Shown here: positions 25,001 to 40,000 of the stretch, in pieces
Layout of the letters: each line of letters begins with the position of its first letter
Position numbering within the stretch: the stretch's first letter is position 1
Source of the DNA: Phoronis australis
Taxonomy: Eukaryota; Animalia; Phoronida
Reading direction: 5' to 3'
NCBI GenBank assembly: GCA_002633005.1
Contig: NMRA01000556.1
Location: 207,820 to 271,819 of the forward strand
DNA length: 64,000 nucleotides
Notes under the pieces: model-generated
What the model saw: the letters and a program-made list of their open reading frames with translations, nothing else
Told to the model about the DNA's origin: nothing
The model's database searches: none
Position numbers and translations under genes: made by a program

Positions 25001-28000
25001 ACAGACTGTCTAGTTTGGTGAACGGGCCTAACATAACTCCCCTGAATCATTAACATTATTATGTTTTAAGCCAACCTCCCTATTGGTTTCGCATCTCCGA
25101 TAAAAATGAGACGAGCTACTTTTAACAGACGTTTTTCAAATATCTATTTGGTTTAAAGTATTAGTTTGTTTAAGTAAATATCAGGAAGTCTGATTTCAAG
25201 GATTATTCGTTGTAAAATGGCCTGTTTTCAGGGCACCAGATGCGAACATTACGAGAGATGAACGTTATCACACTGGCTTTCGTACGCCATTGTCTTGCGT
25301 CTATGGCCTGAACGACACAACGTGGAAGTTCCATCTGCGCATGTCAAAAGTGCTTCAGTACCCATTTTTATGTACAGCTAACTATCACCGCTGCCTACGC
25401 ACAGAATGGCATCTCTTACAAAAGTACGCATTCTAAAATTTTACATGCACCCGGGCTCTGACTAAAAGTGCAGAACTCACAATTGGCTAACACCTCCACG
25501 TTTTTTAACCTCTCAATTTTGAATACCTTATACGGAGATACGCGAATGTTCCATACACAATGCTCATACGGCGCATATTGACGAGGCCAATTTGGAGACG
25601 CAACATCGCCCATGTCAGTCGTTAGATTACCACCACAGTCCAGAATAGGCTTCATTTCAAAGTGATGGATTTGTGTGGTGAATACAAAGAGACCTCCGAC
25701 ATCACTTCCGGTTTTGGAAGACAGACGACATTTTCCTCCAATAACCTGGAAATGTGAGTGGGCGCATGAACACTAATTTTTATGATAAAAGTCAGGCGAC
25801 ACCGAACATACGTGTGGTACTTAACAGTCGCTATGCACTAATTCATACGTATGTACAACACCTCGAAATCCGGTTAGAGTTTACGAAACAGTATTTTCTC
25901 AGTGAATGACGTACGTTCAATAATAAAACTACTTGTGAGTGAATGACCAAAGCACCATTTCCTGCAATTAAGGTCATTAGAAGGACACTCTAACAATCTA
26001 CGCGGATGAATAAGGTCACCTGAAACTTACTACGCATTTCCTATGATTTCTGACGTATAGACAGCTCAGTGGCAAGCTGTCTGAAAGGTTATTATCTGAG
26101 CTGCTTTTAAATTCGTTCTACTGACACATTTCCATCTGTAAAGTGAAGCGTAGCGTAAAAACAGAAATAATGCAAAATAAAATAAAATAAAATAAAATAC
26201 TAGGAATTGAGAATCAGATGAAAGTGTTAATAGTTTGATATGCCACAAACTAAAACGGATTGTGTTTCGTTGAAGGAAACATCGTTAACACGAAAATGCT
26301 AGGACATGGGGTTCTCCACTCAACTCCTCGCGCAATATCGCACAACCTCATTTTTACAAGAACTTCTCTTCTATTTTCAAATTCATTTTGTAATAACACT
26401 AAAACAGCAAACAATAACAGCCTCAAAAAAGTTAACAACAACACATTACCTCGTAATCAAACGATCTACAAATGAATGTCTGTTCCATTAAACAGTGGCG
26501 TGCACACAGTTCAGTGGTAACTCGTTCGAATTCCTTGTCATTATGAGATATGATCAGGCTATAGGGCGTTGCGTAGAAGAAGTTGAGGTGTTTTTCTGCA
26601 AAGGAAGAAAACAAATATGAATTTAGAGATCCCAGAAAACAGTGGTGCACATGCTCAAATCGAAATGTTATAAGAAAATATACTTAACATTATATTAAGA
26701 TGCCCGTCATCAATGGGCATTCATAAACATGCTTAACCATAACCTAAGCTTTCATTACGCAATATAACATAACACAACATAACACCGGAATTAACTCAAT
26801 ATAGGCGGAGACCGTAGCTTATAGCATTCATTGTTTTGAGTACCGTTCTTTGGAAGGGGCAATCCATTTTTTCTATGTGACCAGCTAATACACTCGTAAT
26901 TCAAATTCCAAAAAGTTCCCGCGTCTACACGTGCACATTTTAAAAACAAAGTGTTTTTGTAACAAGAAATAGTATGCACATCTGTACCACTAGGTGGCAC
27001 TTAATGATAAATTGACCAATCGATGAGCTTGAGTGTATTGTTGTGCTGATTAACCTAAAGATGGCAGCTCCAATGGAATGGGATGCCTGTATAACTCAAG
27101 GTTTGTGAAACAGCTCTGAATTGTGATAACCAGAACTTGAAGAAGCACCCTGACAAAAGCTAATAGGGTGTGCGACTTTGTAGATCAGTATAGATGGCAA
27201 AGAACAGGAATTGTCACAAACTTTTGTGCAGGAAGACAGCTGCTTTGTCCCACTGAATTATAACCTGTCCTGCTACACTGGAATAGAAGATTAAGCGTCA
27301 AAACAACAACTGAAAGGGCACAGAAACGCATAGCAACGTTTCAAGACAGCAGCAGTAGCCGTAAAGCTACTGAAAGTGACAGAGGTGTTGCCCAAGATTT
27401 CCCAAGAAAACCAATTAGACTTCAAAAATCTGAAACACCAAATTAAGCAGAGGTTCGTACATTTTCACGTCTGAGTGCATCATTGCGAGCAGAAGAAGTA
27501 TGTTACGGACCATATTTCAAGAAAGAAGAAAAAGCAACAACTTTCTAGCCTTGAATACAAAACCGGTATGTGCTTTTGTAAGGTACATTTTTGCGTGGAG
27601 CAAGCGTGTTCAGTGTGTTTTTTAACTTGTTCAGCTCCTAGGCTGCCCAGGCCTTAGACAATAGCGCCGTCTCAAGTGGCCCCAGTGGTAGAGATGGTGG
27701 CTATGCCATAGGTCTTCCATATGCCGGAAGCTTTTTGGAATATTGCTATCAGTTTAGACGTACCTTTTGCGCATAGAGGGATGCCTTAGGAAGCCGTTGA
27801 TGTCTTTATTTGTTCCAAGCTCGAACAAATACGCTTCCAATCAAACGTTATTCGAACAGTGCGTCGTTCAAACCGGCAATTGGCCATTTTTACACTGCTC
27901 GCGTCAGGGGATAATCATATGGAGTCATATGGCAGGTGTTACTTTAAGCAATTTAAATTACAATTTAAACTTTGAGAAGGTCAAATGGAGTAGATGGTTG

Positions 28001-31000
28001 CAGTGGACTTTTAAATCAACAAGCCCGAGTAGCTGTCATCCCCGATACGGTATACAGGGAACCTAGGTAGTCTCAACAGTAGCTAAATTGAAATGCCCAA
28101 GAGGCCAGCGTCCCCGTCGTAATCTGAGGACAGGGGAAGCTCCTGCTCATTTTTTCAAACGTTGATTACTTAACTGTACACCTACACGTATTGAGTACAG
28201 TATGAGCATTCGGTGAAAAAAGTAAATTTCAATCACTGCACTGGTACAGCAGATTGTTTAACGTCAGCCGCATCAGCCAATCTAATTGTCAGACGGTCAA
28301 CAATATTTGGCGACAGATCAGACGGCATATAAATGTGGGCATCAATTTATGTTAAGTCCGTCTGAAAAAAATTCGTGCCAACACACTGGTCATTAAATGT
28401 TTCGCTGATGACGGAGAGAATAGATATTAACTAGAAACGCACCGAGTTCACCCTTGTCACTACAGATATCGACACAACAGAGGCCTAATTCCGAGGATCA
28501 ATGCTGTTGTTTGTTATTATGACGAATAACAATGTTTTTTTTTTCTAATCCTGCTCCTTTTGTCCGTTTTTAATTGGTTATTAGTCTTCAAAGTGAATAC
28601 GGCACTCATCACGCGGATGACATGAAGAGGAGTAAAGGACAAGGTGACTTGTTGGAACAAGACCAAGTGCCAGTCAGTTAACAATTTATTAAGACACACA
28701 CAATAATGTAATAGAAATAGAAAGTGCCAGTGGACACAGGATATGAACTAGATGCTTACCAATTCTTTCGTAGTGCATGATGCTGATATTAGCCAAGGTG
28801 TACTGATCGTACTCCAATCCGTGGGTATTTGCAGATATCATATAAGACAGGTAGCACCTCCTGTGGGTAAAGTTGTAATCTAGGCTCATGCACTTGAACG
28901 ACTTCTCTTCCAGACACCTCTGCGCGCATGTCGTGAGATCGACGTCATGGATTTCGCTGTCGTAAACGTTGGCTATCTTTGAACTTAGTGCGCCAAATCC
29001 GTAGTTAACGAAGTGTCTCAAAGCTCCCTCTGAAAAATGCCTCCAATAGATTATCCAGTGCCAGGCAACTGCACTTAAACCTGTCGTCTGTATGACTTTC
29101 GATGTTGGAACAAATGTATATTCAAAATAATTTACGCGCACACACCATTTGTGATTGAGATCTTTAATGGAACTTATTTTGGACCACACCAATTTGGAAA
29201 TATGCAAACTATGCGTTACACGTGATTTCTAAATGTGAAGTTTAGGGCTTGGAATTGACTTCGCAGACTTAACGAACCATCAATTAATGGTATTTGTGGT
29301 CTTTTCACTACTCCAGATGGAAAGAATTTTATTCATGAACTACAACAGATGCATAAAGTGTAGAGGCAAACAGAGACCCCAACACTAAAACGATTGGTGT
29401 ATTCCTCCAGTAAAGGGGAAACCCAAACAAAGTTCGAGCTTAGAACCGGCCCTGATAGACACAGAATTCGATATGGGATAAGCATATCAACGAAAGTCCC
29501 TTGAATATTAGTGATCGGCACAAGCTGGGCGGGACTAAGGTTTCTTTAAGCCCCTAGACTATGTAAAGCGTCTATTATCCCTCAAGTAATACATGTATAG
29601 GCTGCTCCATGTCGCGTCGCATTGTTTTTTCCATCCCACTTATTGAGCTGATACGCAGATCAAAGAATTGTCACCTCACCTGGCTACCATCGCCAAAATC
29701 TCCTTATTCTCCTTCCCTGACTACGAGGTGGAGGCATTTAGTGCTTGATCCTAATTTGTACATAACATGAAGCTTTGCCTAAGGGATAACTTGACAGTGA
29801 CTGGTCGTAAGAGTAGCTCTAGTAATTTGACATTGGGTGTTCCGTGGAGTGACGTCATCATGGCCATGACAAGCTTCTTACTAAGATGGCCACGTTTGTT
29901 TCATGGTCACCACACCAAATTTTTTCAGGCACAAAGCAATCTAAGTTGATCCCTATCCGCCACGTTTAACAACTCAAATCATTTCTAGCGGAATACTCGC
30001 GTGTAACCCAGGCCTCACTTCTGACGGTCGTGTTGAAGATGATCAATGCCATTTGAGTGCGAACAAAGAAAAAAATAATGGCAAAGCAACATACTTGGCG
30101 TTCATCAAGGTGAAACACACGTTGTATGGAAGACATCTAAATATGCGGTAACATGCTACCCTATACGTTAACTGCAGGTTCAACTGACCAGGAACACGTT
30201 CATAGAAGTCAACCTTCAAGACACTAAGGACGCCTCCTGACGTTTGAGGCACAAGATCTGTCAACCAACAGTCCTTCTTGATGACAACATAGTCGAACCC
30301 CCTACACGTGAATCTTCGTTCTAGGTAGCAGTGACGGGCACATTCCTCCACGGTAATACTTCGGATGACTTTCTCGTGTCGTAATGTCACTATATGATTG
30401 GGAATGCGTCTGTATAATTTTTCGTAAGCAGCTGGAAACAAGAAAGCATTTAAGAATGTAATCCTTTCCATAGTCACGTGCAAAAATAACATCTAACTAG
30501 ATCACGCAAGCCTACGTCAACAAAATTGGTCTCAAAACTTCCTGAATATACATGATTTGGCTTTCAGTGGCTTGAAGATTTTTTACGAGTAAAATACGCT
30601 TTCAAAATTCATAGCACTGGTCAGATTACTTGCAATTTAATCATGACTCTCTGCTGCAACTGAACGTCAGGATGATTAACACAGATCCAAAATTATCACA
30701 CTGCAAACTTACTTTTATAGTGGTCTACTCCTATTTGTGGTTGAAGTCTCTGGCGTAGGTGCGAATAGGCATGCAAACGACACTGACGCCTTGTGTTGGC
30801 GAAGTCAAACGACTTGCATTCGAAGTCCGTCTCTTTTACGCAGCTTCGTGCGCAGCTTTCTATGTCACTTCCGGAAATGTTTTTAACACTGGCCAATGAA
30901 ATTCTTTGGTCAGGTACCCGGACGAATAGAGATCTAAACCTGAGTTGACTTTCATCTGAAAATTAAGGAAATATAAATGAAAGTTCAACCGTGTACCCGT

Positions 31001-34000
31001 GGTGACAAGCTGCAAAGACCATTAACTCACAATCATGGATCTTCACCAGGTGAAAAATTAAATTTAATAAAATTTGCAAGGAATTGGTTCAACATTCAAA
31101 GGTGATGTGTACATACTCTTACTGTAGACGTGTGGCATCTCTGTAACTACTCATTCATCATGTGTGCCCATAAAATCAGGTTGATAACATGCCCAAGACC
31201 AACTTATCTTAGACTGATGCAAGAAGTTCACTAATTTCGAACAGCAAGTTGGCAGGTGTTATTTCTTCAAACAGTTGTCTGTGGCTATGCGATGGTATAA
31301 TAATTGGTAAACGCAGTATATGCAAATACATGCAAATGAGACGAAAACTGAGATTATAGTGTGTGTTCCCCCGTTCTCTTAAAAATTACATTTTCATTCA
31401 AATTGCTGCATTTCCGTTTGAACACACATACATGTAATCAAAGACCTTATAACGTAATTTGCAAATTTCAGTAACTAAAATACAAATTATTTGTTTACTT
31501 TGACTATGGTATCTAGCACAAAACGCAATCGGTCGCTTTGAGAATTAACTGAGATATATACTTAGATGAGTTATTTAAGCAACCCAACGGTCCCCTTTCG
31601 ATCCCCGCCAAGTGTCACCCGAGGGGTCAAGGGCATTGAACTTGTTTACGGCTTGTTGAAATGTAGCCATGTGCAATGAATTATGGGACATGTTGAAGCC
31701 ACGTTGTTCTAAATATGTACGCTCACAATCTTATCACAATGCGAGTGTGAATCAAAACACGCATTGTGTGTACAGTTTGGTTCAGCGATATGGAAGAAAT
31801 GTTAGATAAGTTATTGTCCTTGGTTTCAGTAGAATATTTTTGAATGACAAATGCAATTGCTCAGTTTATGCTTGCACAGAATGTTTGGAGAAGACATGAA
31901 CGGACAAGAATAAACGTAAGTTTCCAAGCATGATCACCAGACGTCGCGGAAAGCAGACACTGTGGCATGGCTAGCATTCTCGGAACAATGGTACATGTGA
32001 CCGAGGTCACATTAACTATACATTTTGCAAAGATTTACGCTCGGGCAACTAAGCAGAAAATTGCAAGAAATATTGAATGGATGAAGCATGCTTCAAAATG
32101 AAAGCACTTATTTATTTCTCGTTAATTCAAATTCTGCAACTCGCTACTATTTTGGCTACAAAGATGACGTCACGTTTATCAAAGAGACTGCTTTTACAGT
32201 TAGCCTTTTCTCGCACGTAATATTAAGTGCAAATTAACGAGGGAAAAAATAAACACGCAAATTGTAGTTCCGGGTCTGTTTATAACAAAATTCGAACCAC
32301 TCGATACACCAACGGGAGACTAGCGATACATTGGCATGTAGGAGCCAACATCACTACGGAACATCTTGGCTGAGATAATCTTGGAAATAAACAGCGTTGG
32401 AAATGCCTCAATTAAGCAAGTCAAAACTCATAAAATATCCGTAAAACTATATAGTTATGCAAAGTCTACGTTTCGAACTGGCGTTATGAATGCTGGATTA
32501 ATATCAGCGCATCTAGGATGTCGCACAATTCTCTAAGTCCGCCAACCCGCCAAACAACTGCGTGCCGCGATGGCGTTTTTGGTGATGTCCTCTGGCCCCC
32601 GTCTAAATCGGACCTTGCTTAAGAATAGAATGTGAATGTCGCAAAAGATCTATTTGCCGCACCAAGACATTGCCTGCACTGCAATCTTCATTTCCGCATT
32701 CCCGATCGAGTTACATAAATTGAACACTACGGATTCTCCTTCCGTGTAATCTCTTTTCAAGGATTGGATTCTTCGCGGACATTTCCGAATGGTCTTGATT
32801 GTGTTAGAAGTCTCTACGTTATAAGAAGTCAAAAGCAATTGTGGATAATTGAAGGCCATTTCCTTTAGAATACCAAGACGCACGCAAAAGAATTAAGAAT
32901 CCGAATCGCCGGTTCAATATAAAAGGGACAAACATAAATTCTTGAGTTGCAAATGAGTTGGATGAAGAAATCTTTTAAGCCGCATTAGGAACGAGTTAAT
33001 TAAATCTTATACATCAACTACTGTATATTCAAGACCTCAACACCAGCAACGAATGGCCGATGTGTGGCGATGTTCAGGGAAACACCTCTAGCTCCCGCCG
33101 AACTCAACCCATTTCCACTAATCTCTATTAGAATACATTAATCGGTCGTTTGGTCGAACGAAACTCAATCAAACTGTCACGCCTATGTAAAACAGTAAAC
33201 ACGCACCGTCTGTTCACGCTATTTACTGGCGCGAGATGCGATCATCTAATGATTTCCGCAGCTGTAGAATGTCCATTGGATTTTCATCCAAGAAATTTTA
33301 ATGCATGCGATGGCTTTCTCAAGGAGTTTAGCACTGTTTCTTGGTCAAAATAACGTTTATGGATGGGTTTCTATTAGAAGCAAGGTTTCGATTTAAAAGG
33401 CCTGCATGACCCCAAAAACTCAATGGCAGGTGTGCATGCATTTAACCTGGGGCATCCGGGCACCTATTATAAAATAGCCCGTATGTCTGCGTTCAATCGA
33501 CCATGCACAGGTAGCACACTGTGCCATCGAACTCTCTCCTGCATTGTATTGTCGTCGCAACTACGAAGTGTATGCGCACCCAGTTTCAGACCTCTTGATA
33601 TGATCCCGCATGTGCTTTTGGCGCGGCAAACTAACTAGTGAAACGGAGACGTATTCGTTTTTTTGTTCACAGATTTAGAACGCGCACACTTGTCACTAAC
33701 CAAGAAAAATTGGGAGCAAATGACTAATTTCCAGTTAATTCAGAATTGTTAAAATTTGATCTGTGTTCATGACCCTCCAAGACAGAATAACCAAAGACAA
33801 AATTCTCTTGCAAATAAGAAATTACGCTTACAACTAATTGGAATCTCTTCGAGCTGTCCAAGGTAATATACATGTATACATGTACATGCTGGCCGAGTAT
33901 TTGCTTTATGATACTTCTGTTCTATTTACAGTCGTCAGCTTAGAACAAAGGATGGGTGTCATCAGTAGAAAAGTGTAGATCAGCGCCACTCAACTGCACC

Positions 34001-37000
34001 ATCAAAATTCAGGGATTAAACTAATTTAAAAATACGTTCAGGTAATTTTGAAAACAAGCCGATGTGTCAACAAATGGTTATTTAAACATATAGCCACAGG
34101 CCCCGGATTTTGACTTTAAACGAAGATTAAAGTCTACTTAACACTTAAATTCTTGAAACAAAACAATGTTCTTTACACGTAAGAATTTCTTCATCATTCC
34201 AGGGGCAGTAAACCGGAAGTGATATTGGATAATATCATCAAGGCATGTGGTTTAGTGCCCCTTTCGGATTTGCTTGCGATACCATCCTTGACTTACATGT
34301 CGCTAAAAACGAGACGGAAAAGGTACCTCGATCAAAAAACGTGAAGCGTGTAATACAATAATAACAGAGGTCACTGGCTTTAATTAGATTGGGCAGCTTG
34401 ACGTAGGATTAATTCGATTCTCGTCCACTGACATTTCATAATACGATATAGCAAAAGGTTAATTTTCATTAATTACGAGAAACTGGATTTGTGTTCTTAA
34501 ACCAAGCTACCGTTTCTGGTTGCGTTAATCACTTACACTAGACGCCATTTGATGTTTCCGATTCACGAAAAAGCCCTAAATACTGCCGACATCCTTCAAG
34601 CGATCCTGCATGTAACATAAATCACAGAAAAATGCCAGCTTCGTGGGTGACTTTTTTCATTTTGTGATTGCACTTTTTACATGTAGCACTTCATGTTCAA
34701 ACTGCAGAAAGTCTTGTTCTTTCAAAAATACTCACATGCGTATCAGGCGGGGGTAGCTTGCTGAAATCGTTATTTCCAGCATTTCTAGCATTTCTGCTTA
34801 TATCAAAAAGCATCTTACTGTGGAGGTGATAATGTACATTTTGCACACGTGTTATTTTTCAATAACAGCGCCTATATCTGTCATATCCTAAGAGTTTTAG
34901 AATGTAACACCGTAAACAATACCATTTGAGTGTTGTCCTGAATTACCATGTCGACGACAGGAGGCGCCATGCTTGTCAATTTAATTTCGTCACGCTTGGA
35001 TTTTTGTCTCCATGCCCAAGGGGCTCTGAGTCGACTTCTTGGGAATTTAGTAAAAAGTCATGTGCACGATTCCACAGAAAACTTTTGTCCGTAAGTGTAA
35101 CCATAGCTGCTGGCAAAATATATGAATCGGAGCCAACCGGTCATAATTTCTCTACTCCGCACACGTCCCGTGGCTGACAAGAATATGTCTCCACTAATAA
35201 TCAAAGCAGTGGCACTTGCATACTATTTAAGAAGGCGGCGGTCTGCAGAGCAAAATGTTACAGCAAGAATTTGACGCGATTTTCGGCTCAAACGTTGGTT
35301 TGAGGGAAGGTACTTTTTCGAGAGTAATAATAACAAGACTCACATTGATTTTACGGTTATAGATTTTTGGGATTTCTGCAATAGATTTCGGGACAATATT
35401 TAACCAATCAGAATGAAATCAACCAATTAAACCGGGGAAAGTTCAGTGAACAGAAAGCGCAGAACACGCATGTCCTACAATTCTGTTACCATGAAAGGTC
35501 CACGATATCTGAGGTCTCGGACAAATTATTCTCGTTTCGAGACAGTGACGAATTCTTACATCATCAGCACTGGCACTTTGAACGTGTTTGGTAACAACAG
35601 GACCTGAACAAGCATTGGATCTCAATATGTAGGGAAGTAGTTAGTAGGGCAGTTATACTTTCAGTGCCTTTAAGTAAAGCAGGCGCGTCACTGAGTCTGA
35701 ATTATAAATGTGGCACACGTTTGACTACAATCGTCCGTCAAAAATTACGATTTTGTTCATTACAATAAAGCGGCACTTTCGGTTAACGCAAAACATTTGC
35801 GAAACACTTACGCCGAAAAAAATTTCGTTGTGTAACGGAAACCTTGAATTGTCCCGTAATTCAGCATTCCAGCATCGCCAACAAATAATGGTGGCCATTT
35901 AACTTGCGCACTTGTAAGCGATTAACAAACTTCGAACACTCGCTAAACACCCGTCGCGCGTGATTTTTGCGTGGTCTCACATGATCTAGCCTTTCTTACA
36001 AGAAACTTCTTCTACAGAACGTTCTCAAACATATGTGTACGTAGAAATACAAATATCTTTGAAACACCCGAGGATTTTTAATTGCGCGCATGCGTATTCG
36101 AATATACGCCATGGCTACGCAATCACAACAATTGTGAAATATGATAGTTCCGGGGTTTATTGCGCTTTTAGTGGTCTCGGCAGACTAGCTCGTGTTCTTG
36201 GGATAGAGAAAAAGGCGTGTTTCATTTTAATTATAGAAAATGACAGTGTGTTTTAACATGCAGCCAGACTTTCCCACGAGTTTGTTTCAAACAATCTCTT
36301 GTCGAGTGTTGAAAAAGAATCTGCAACAGTAAACGATGGTGTCACAGTTTGTCTGGACTTTTCGTTTGACACTAACTATGTTTTGAAACTGTTTACCTTC
36401 TTATTTCAACCGTGTTGTCGACTATGAAATTCCATTACGACTGGGAGTGTTTGTTAAGGTTTAAACGAACCCTGAACAAACCACCGATATCGCATCATTC
36501 CATTTACAAGTGGTCACGAGAGCCATGAAGTTGAAGAGCGTAATCTGGGAACTCTCTATCGCCGGTTTCCCAATATCTAGTTTTCGAGCCGTCGTGTTGT
36601 AATCACACACGCAATGTGTCGTCTGGAACAATTCAGTATCAGAGTTTCTTGAGTTATCACATTGAACACTTAAACAAAAAATTTGGCCTTGTCATTGATT
36701 TCCATGTATCGTTATGCACAAACCTGTAGTTTTTGTGGTATTTCACTAAGCAGACATATCCACGCGGTTCAATAAATAAACAGATTGGTCGAAAGTCAAA
36801 AATACAATTCAACAGGCTTGCTACGTTCCGAAAATATATATACTTACAATGCTTGAATGCCCCTCTTCCCGCTGTCACGTGTATCACTGTTAATTTGGCT
36901 ACATATATGTTCATTTCACGTATTGCCTGATGATGAGACATGCAGTCTCGAAATATACCTAGCGTTTTAATTTGTTTGTTTGTTATGTTTCTCGGTGTTT

Positions 37001-40000
37001 TGCTATATAGCTGCACACCCGAAGAAAGGAGATTGTTTCGACACTACGAGCGACTCAATATCAAGCTTTCAAACAAAAATTTAGGTTGTGTTTTCAAGGA
37101 AGTTTGTGCTACCGAACAATACTGATATAAAAAGTATAGTTTCGTAGATATTTGGCTAAATAGGCTCACCTGTTGATAGTGCCCTAGATAACCTTAAACC
37201 TTGGGATTTTTTGTTTTATCTATTGTTACTGTTTAACCGCTATATCTGGTCTCAAAACTCCTAGGCCGTGCAACGTTTTTTGCATTTAATTCCAAATGAT
37301 AAGTGTTGGAAGTGGAAATCACAAACCACCTAGAGTGCAGTATAAGCAACGTTTCGGTAAGAGGCAAATATCATCCTCTGGTGCAGTAGTACCGTAACAC
37401 TATGAGAATAGTCACTTCACATCACAGTGCAGGACCTGCAAACTAACAACTATCTATAACGTCTGCAGACCGTAGGCCTACGTTTCCTAATGAGTCACCT
37501 CTCAGCATGGAGGCTCTGTATATCAATAGCCCCACTGAGATGCATGCAACATGCAAGAGGAAACCGTGACAATGGAAGTTTGAATGTAATCCTTACAGAT
37601 AAACGATGACTTAGTTTTCGTAAAATTGAAATAATGAGCTAGAAAAATATTTATTGTGATCGGCCCAGGAGCGGAATCGAACCTCAGGCCTCGCCGTCAA
37701 ACGCTCTGCTGGCTAATAGCTAACTATCACTCAATAAATGGCAGCTAATTTTAATCCCATTAAAATGGAAAAACACCGGCATTGATTTGAGGAAATGTCT
37801 GAGAGACAACGGCAGGATCTCGCAATTTTCAATAAAATCCAGAAAGCAACGGATTTGTTTATATTGCTAAACTCTCACTGATGACAGTTAACAACTTCAA
37901 AACTTCTATCAAACCCTGCAATCATCCCCAAAATGCCTTTTCGACCGTAAAGACGGTAATATTCCCTTAGCAACTATGTAAATACATGCACTTCCAATAT
38001 AGACAGTGGACACGAATTTAGAATTTAAAAACTTTGAGCAGTCAATCAACCTATTACCATTTAATAGGAAATATCCGACATAAGTTTTGGCCATAAACCG
38101 GCACCTTCATATCTGTGACTTTGTAAACGGCTCAAACAGGCTTTTGTTGAACAAGATAAAATTTTTTGACGTTTCGAATTGTTTTTTTGTTTTCTTCTTC
38201 AGAGACAATGGGTATATGTGTCGGTCGAATATTTCACGAGGTACCGACGTCGGAAGCATTCATTACTCATTGTTTACTCGGTCGCTAACTGGAAAAAGAA
38301 AAAAAATCATGTCGACTCATATCGCTCCGACGGGTAAACAAATTGTTACAGCAGTTTGTTACTGATTTATTAATACAACTGGCTCTAATTCCTAAGAACT
38401 GTCAAATAAACGTCAGAGGCTATTTTCGTCGAAAAAGTAATTTTCCTTTAAGAGTGTTTCGTTTTTTGTATTTTCTATCAGCCTTAAATATGGTCTACAG
38501 TGTAGGAAGCTCCCTGTGAAGCGCAGAAAGGCCAACAGCGAAAGCAGTGCTCATCATAAACCGTGCAGAAGAAAAATCTTGAATATGTTCCTAAAATTTA
38601 CGGGCATTTGTGGACTTTGTACATACAGTGTTCTTAATATTGAAAGGTCCTTCATACTAAGTCAATTTAATTGTGTACGAAGAACTTTTCAATATCGCAT
38701 GTATGTGTCCGCTAGTCAAATGAACTTGTTTCGTAATCTGATTGTTTTTATCTGTTCATATAGTTGGGGTTTCAACCATGTTAAGTACGTGCTGAACACG
38801 TAAACAACTCTCGAGTTTGTGAGACAATAAAAAAGAAGAACAACGGATACGGAGGAGAAAGACGAGGAAGAAAAAAGAAAAAAGGGTTATCGAAAATGAC
38901 AGGAAGGTCTAAACATGTCAGTGCCGTTTCCTCAGACGTACACAGTACCAATGCCAAACCGACAATAACAGCCGACTCCATATATTATAATAGACAGTGC
39001 AAAAATGATAGGCGCTTGCTTCTTCAAATTACTTCTTTATAGAAGGTAATTGTTGTTCTGGTATGAGCGGTTTGATGTAAACGAGGGCATTGGCAGGTGA
39101 GCCGAAAACGACGAGAAGTGTCGGCAGCACTTAAGGTGAAGGGAGGGAGACGGAGTAGAACACATGCCTTTGTAATCAAGAGATATCGCTAGATCAGACG
39201 GGATAATCAGAATTGATATCGGCAACGACTGACCTTCAAAAAAACAGACGCGTTGAATTTTACCGACACTTGTCGACGCACGTCAGGTGTGCGAGGGTAA
39301 TAGCAAACGCAGACAGTTTTCCAGGGACCTACATGTATGCAAGCTTGTTTGCACCAGATGATGCGTTAGCTGTGCATCCAGTCATGTTTTGTTGTCTTCA
39401 TGATCGCAGACACATTTTTGGCTGGCAATTAGGCGCTCAAGACAGAGGTAGTTTCACGCAAAAACCTCTAAAATAAGCGAAGTAAAGATTGACCTTTTCA
39501 AACACAGTTTAAACGTTGTAGCGCCTGAAATACGTCTTTTGAAATTCGTGAATTTTATTTTTTATTTTTTACTTTTTATTGAAACTGTGAAGCCGATGGA
39601 GAGGCTGATTAAACAACAGATGGCGCAACTTATTGCTCTGGCCATTGTTTACACCTTACAAATTATATTAAGGATATGCCAGATTAGACGTCAGTTTTAA
39701 GCTACACTGTCGGTCCAGTCATTCGGGTTTGTTTGTATTTCTGAACAAATTGTGAATGAGAAACGTGCCTTAGTTCGACTGTAGATACATGTATACTTTC
39801 TTGAAAATAGCGCCCACCCAATAACATTGTTGCATTTCATCTAACCGACCGAGGAGTCGGGGATAACTCCAGGAACAGTATAGCCCCAGCAGACTAGCAC
39901 AGAATTTCATTGGATGGCAGTAGTTTTGGACCACACTGTGGAATGTGTAGGAAAAGTTGCTTTCATAATCTATTGTTGGCTCTAGCGAAGCGGTGAACTT

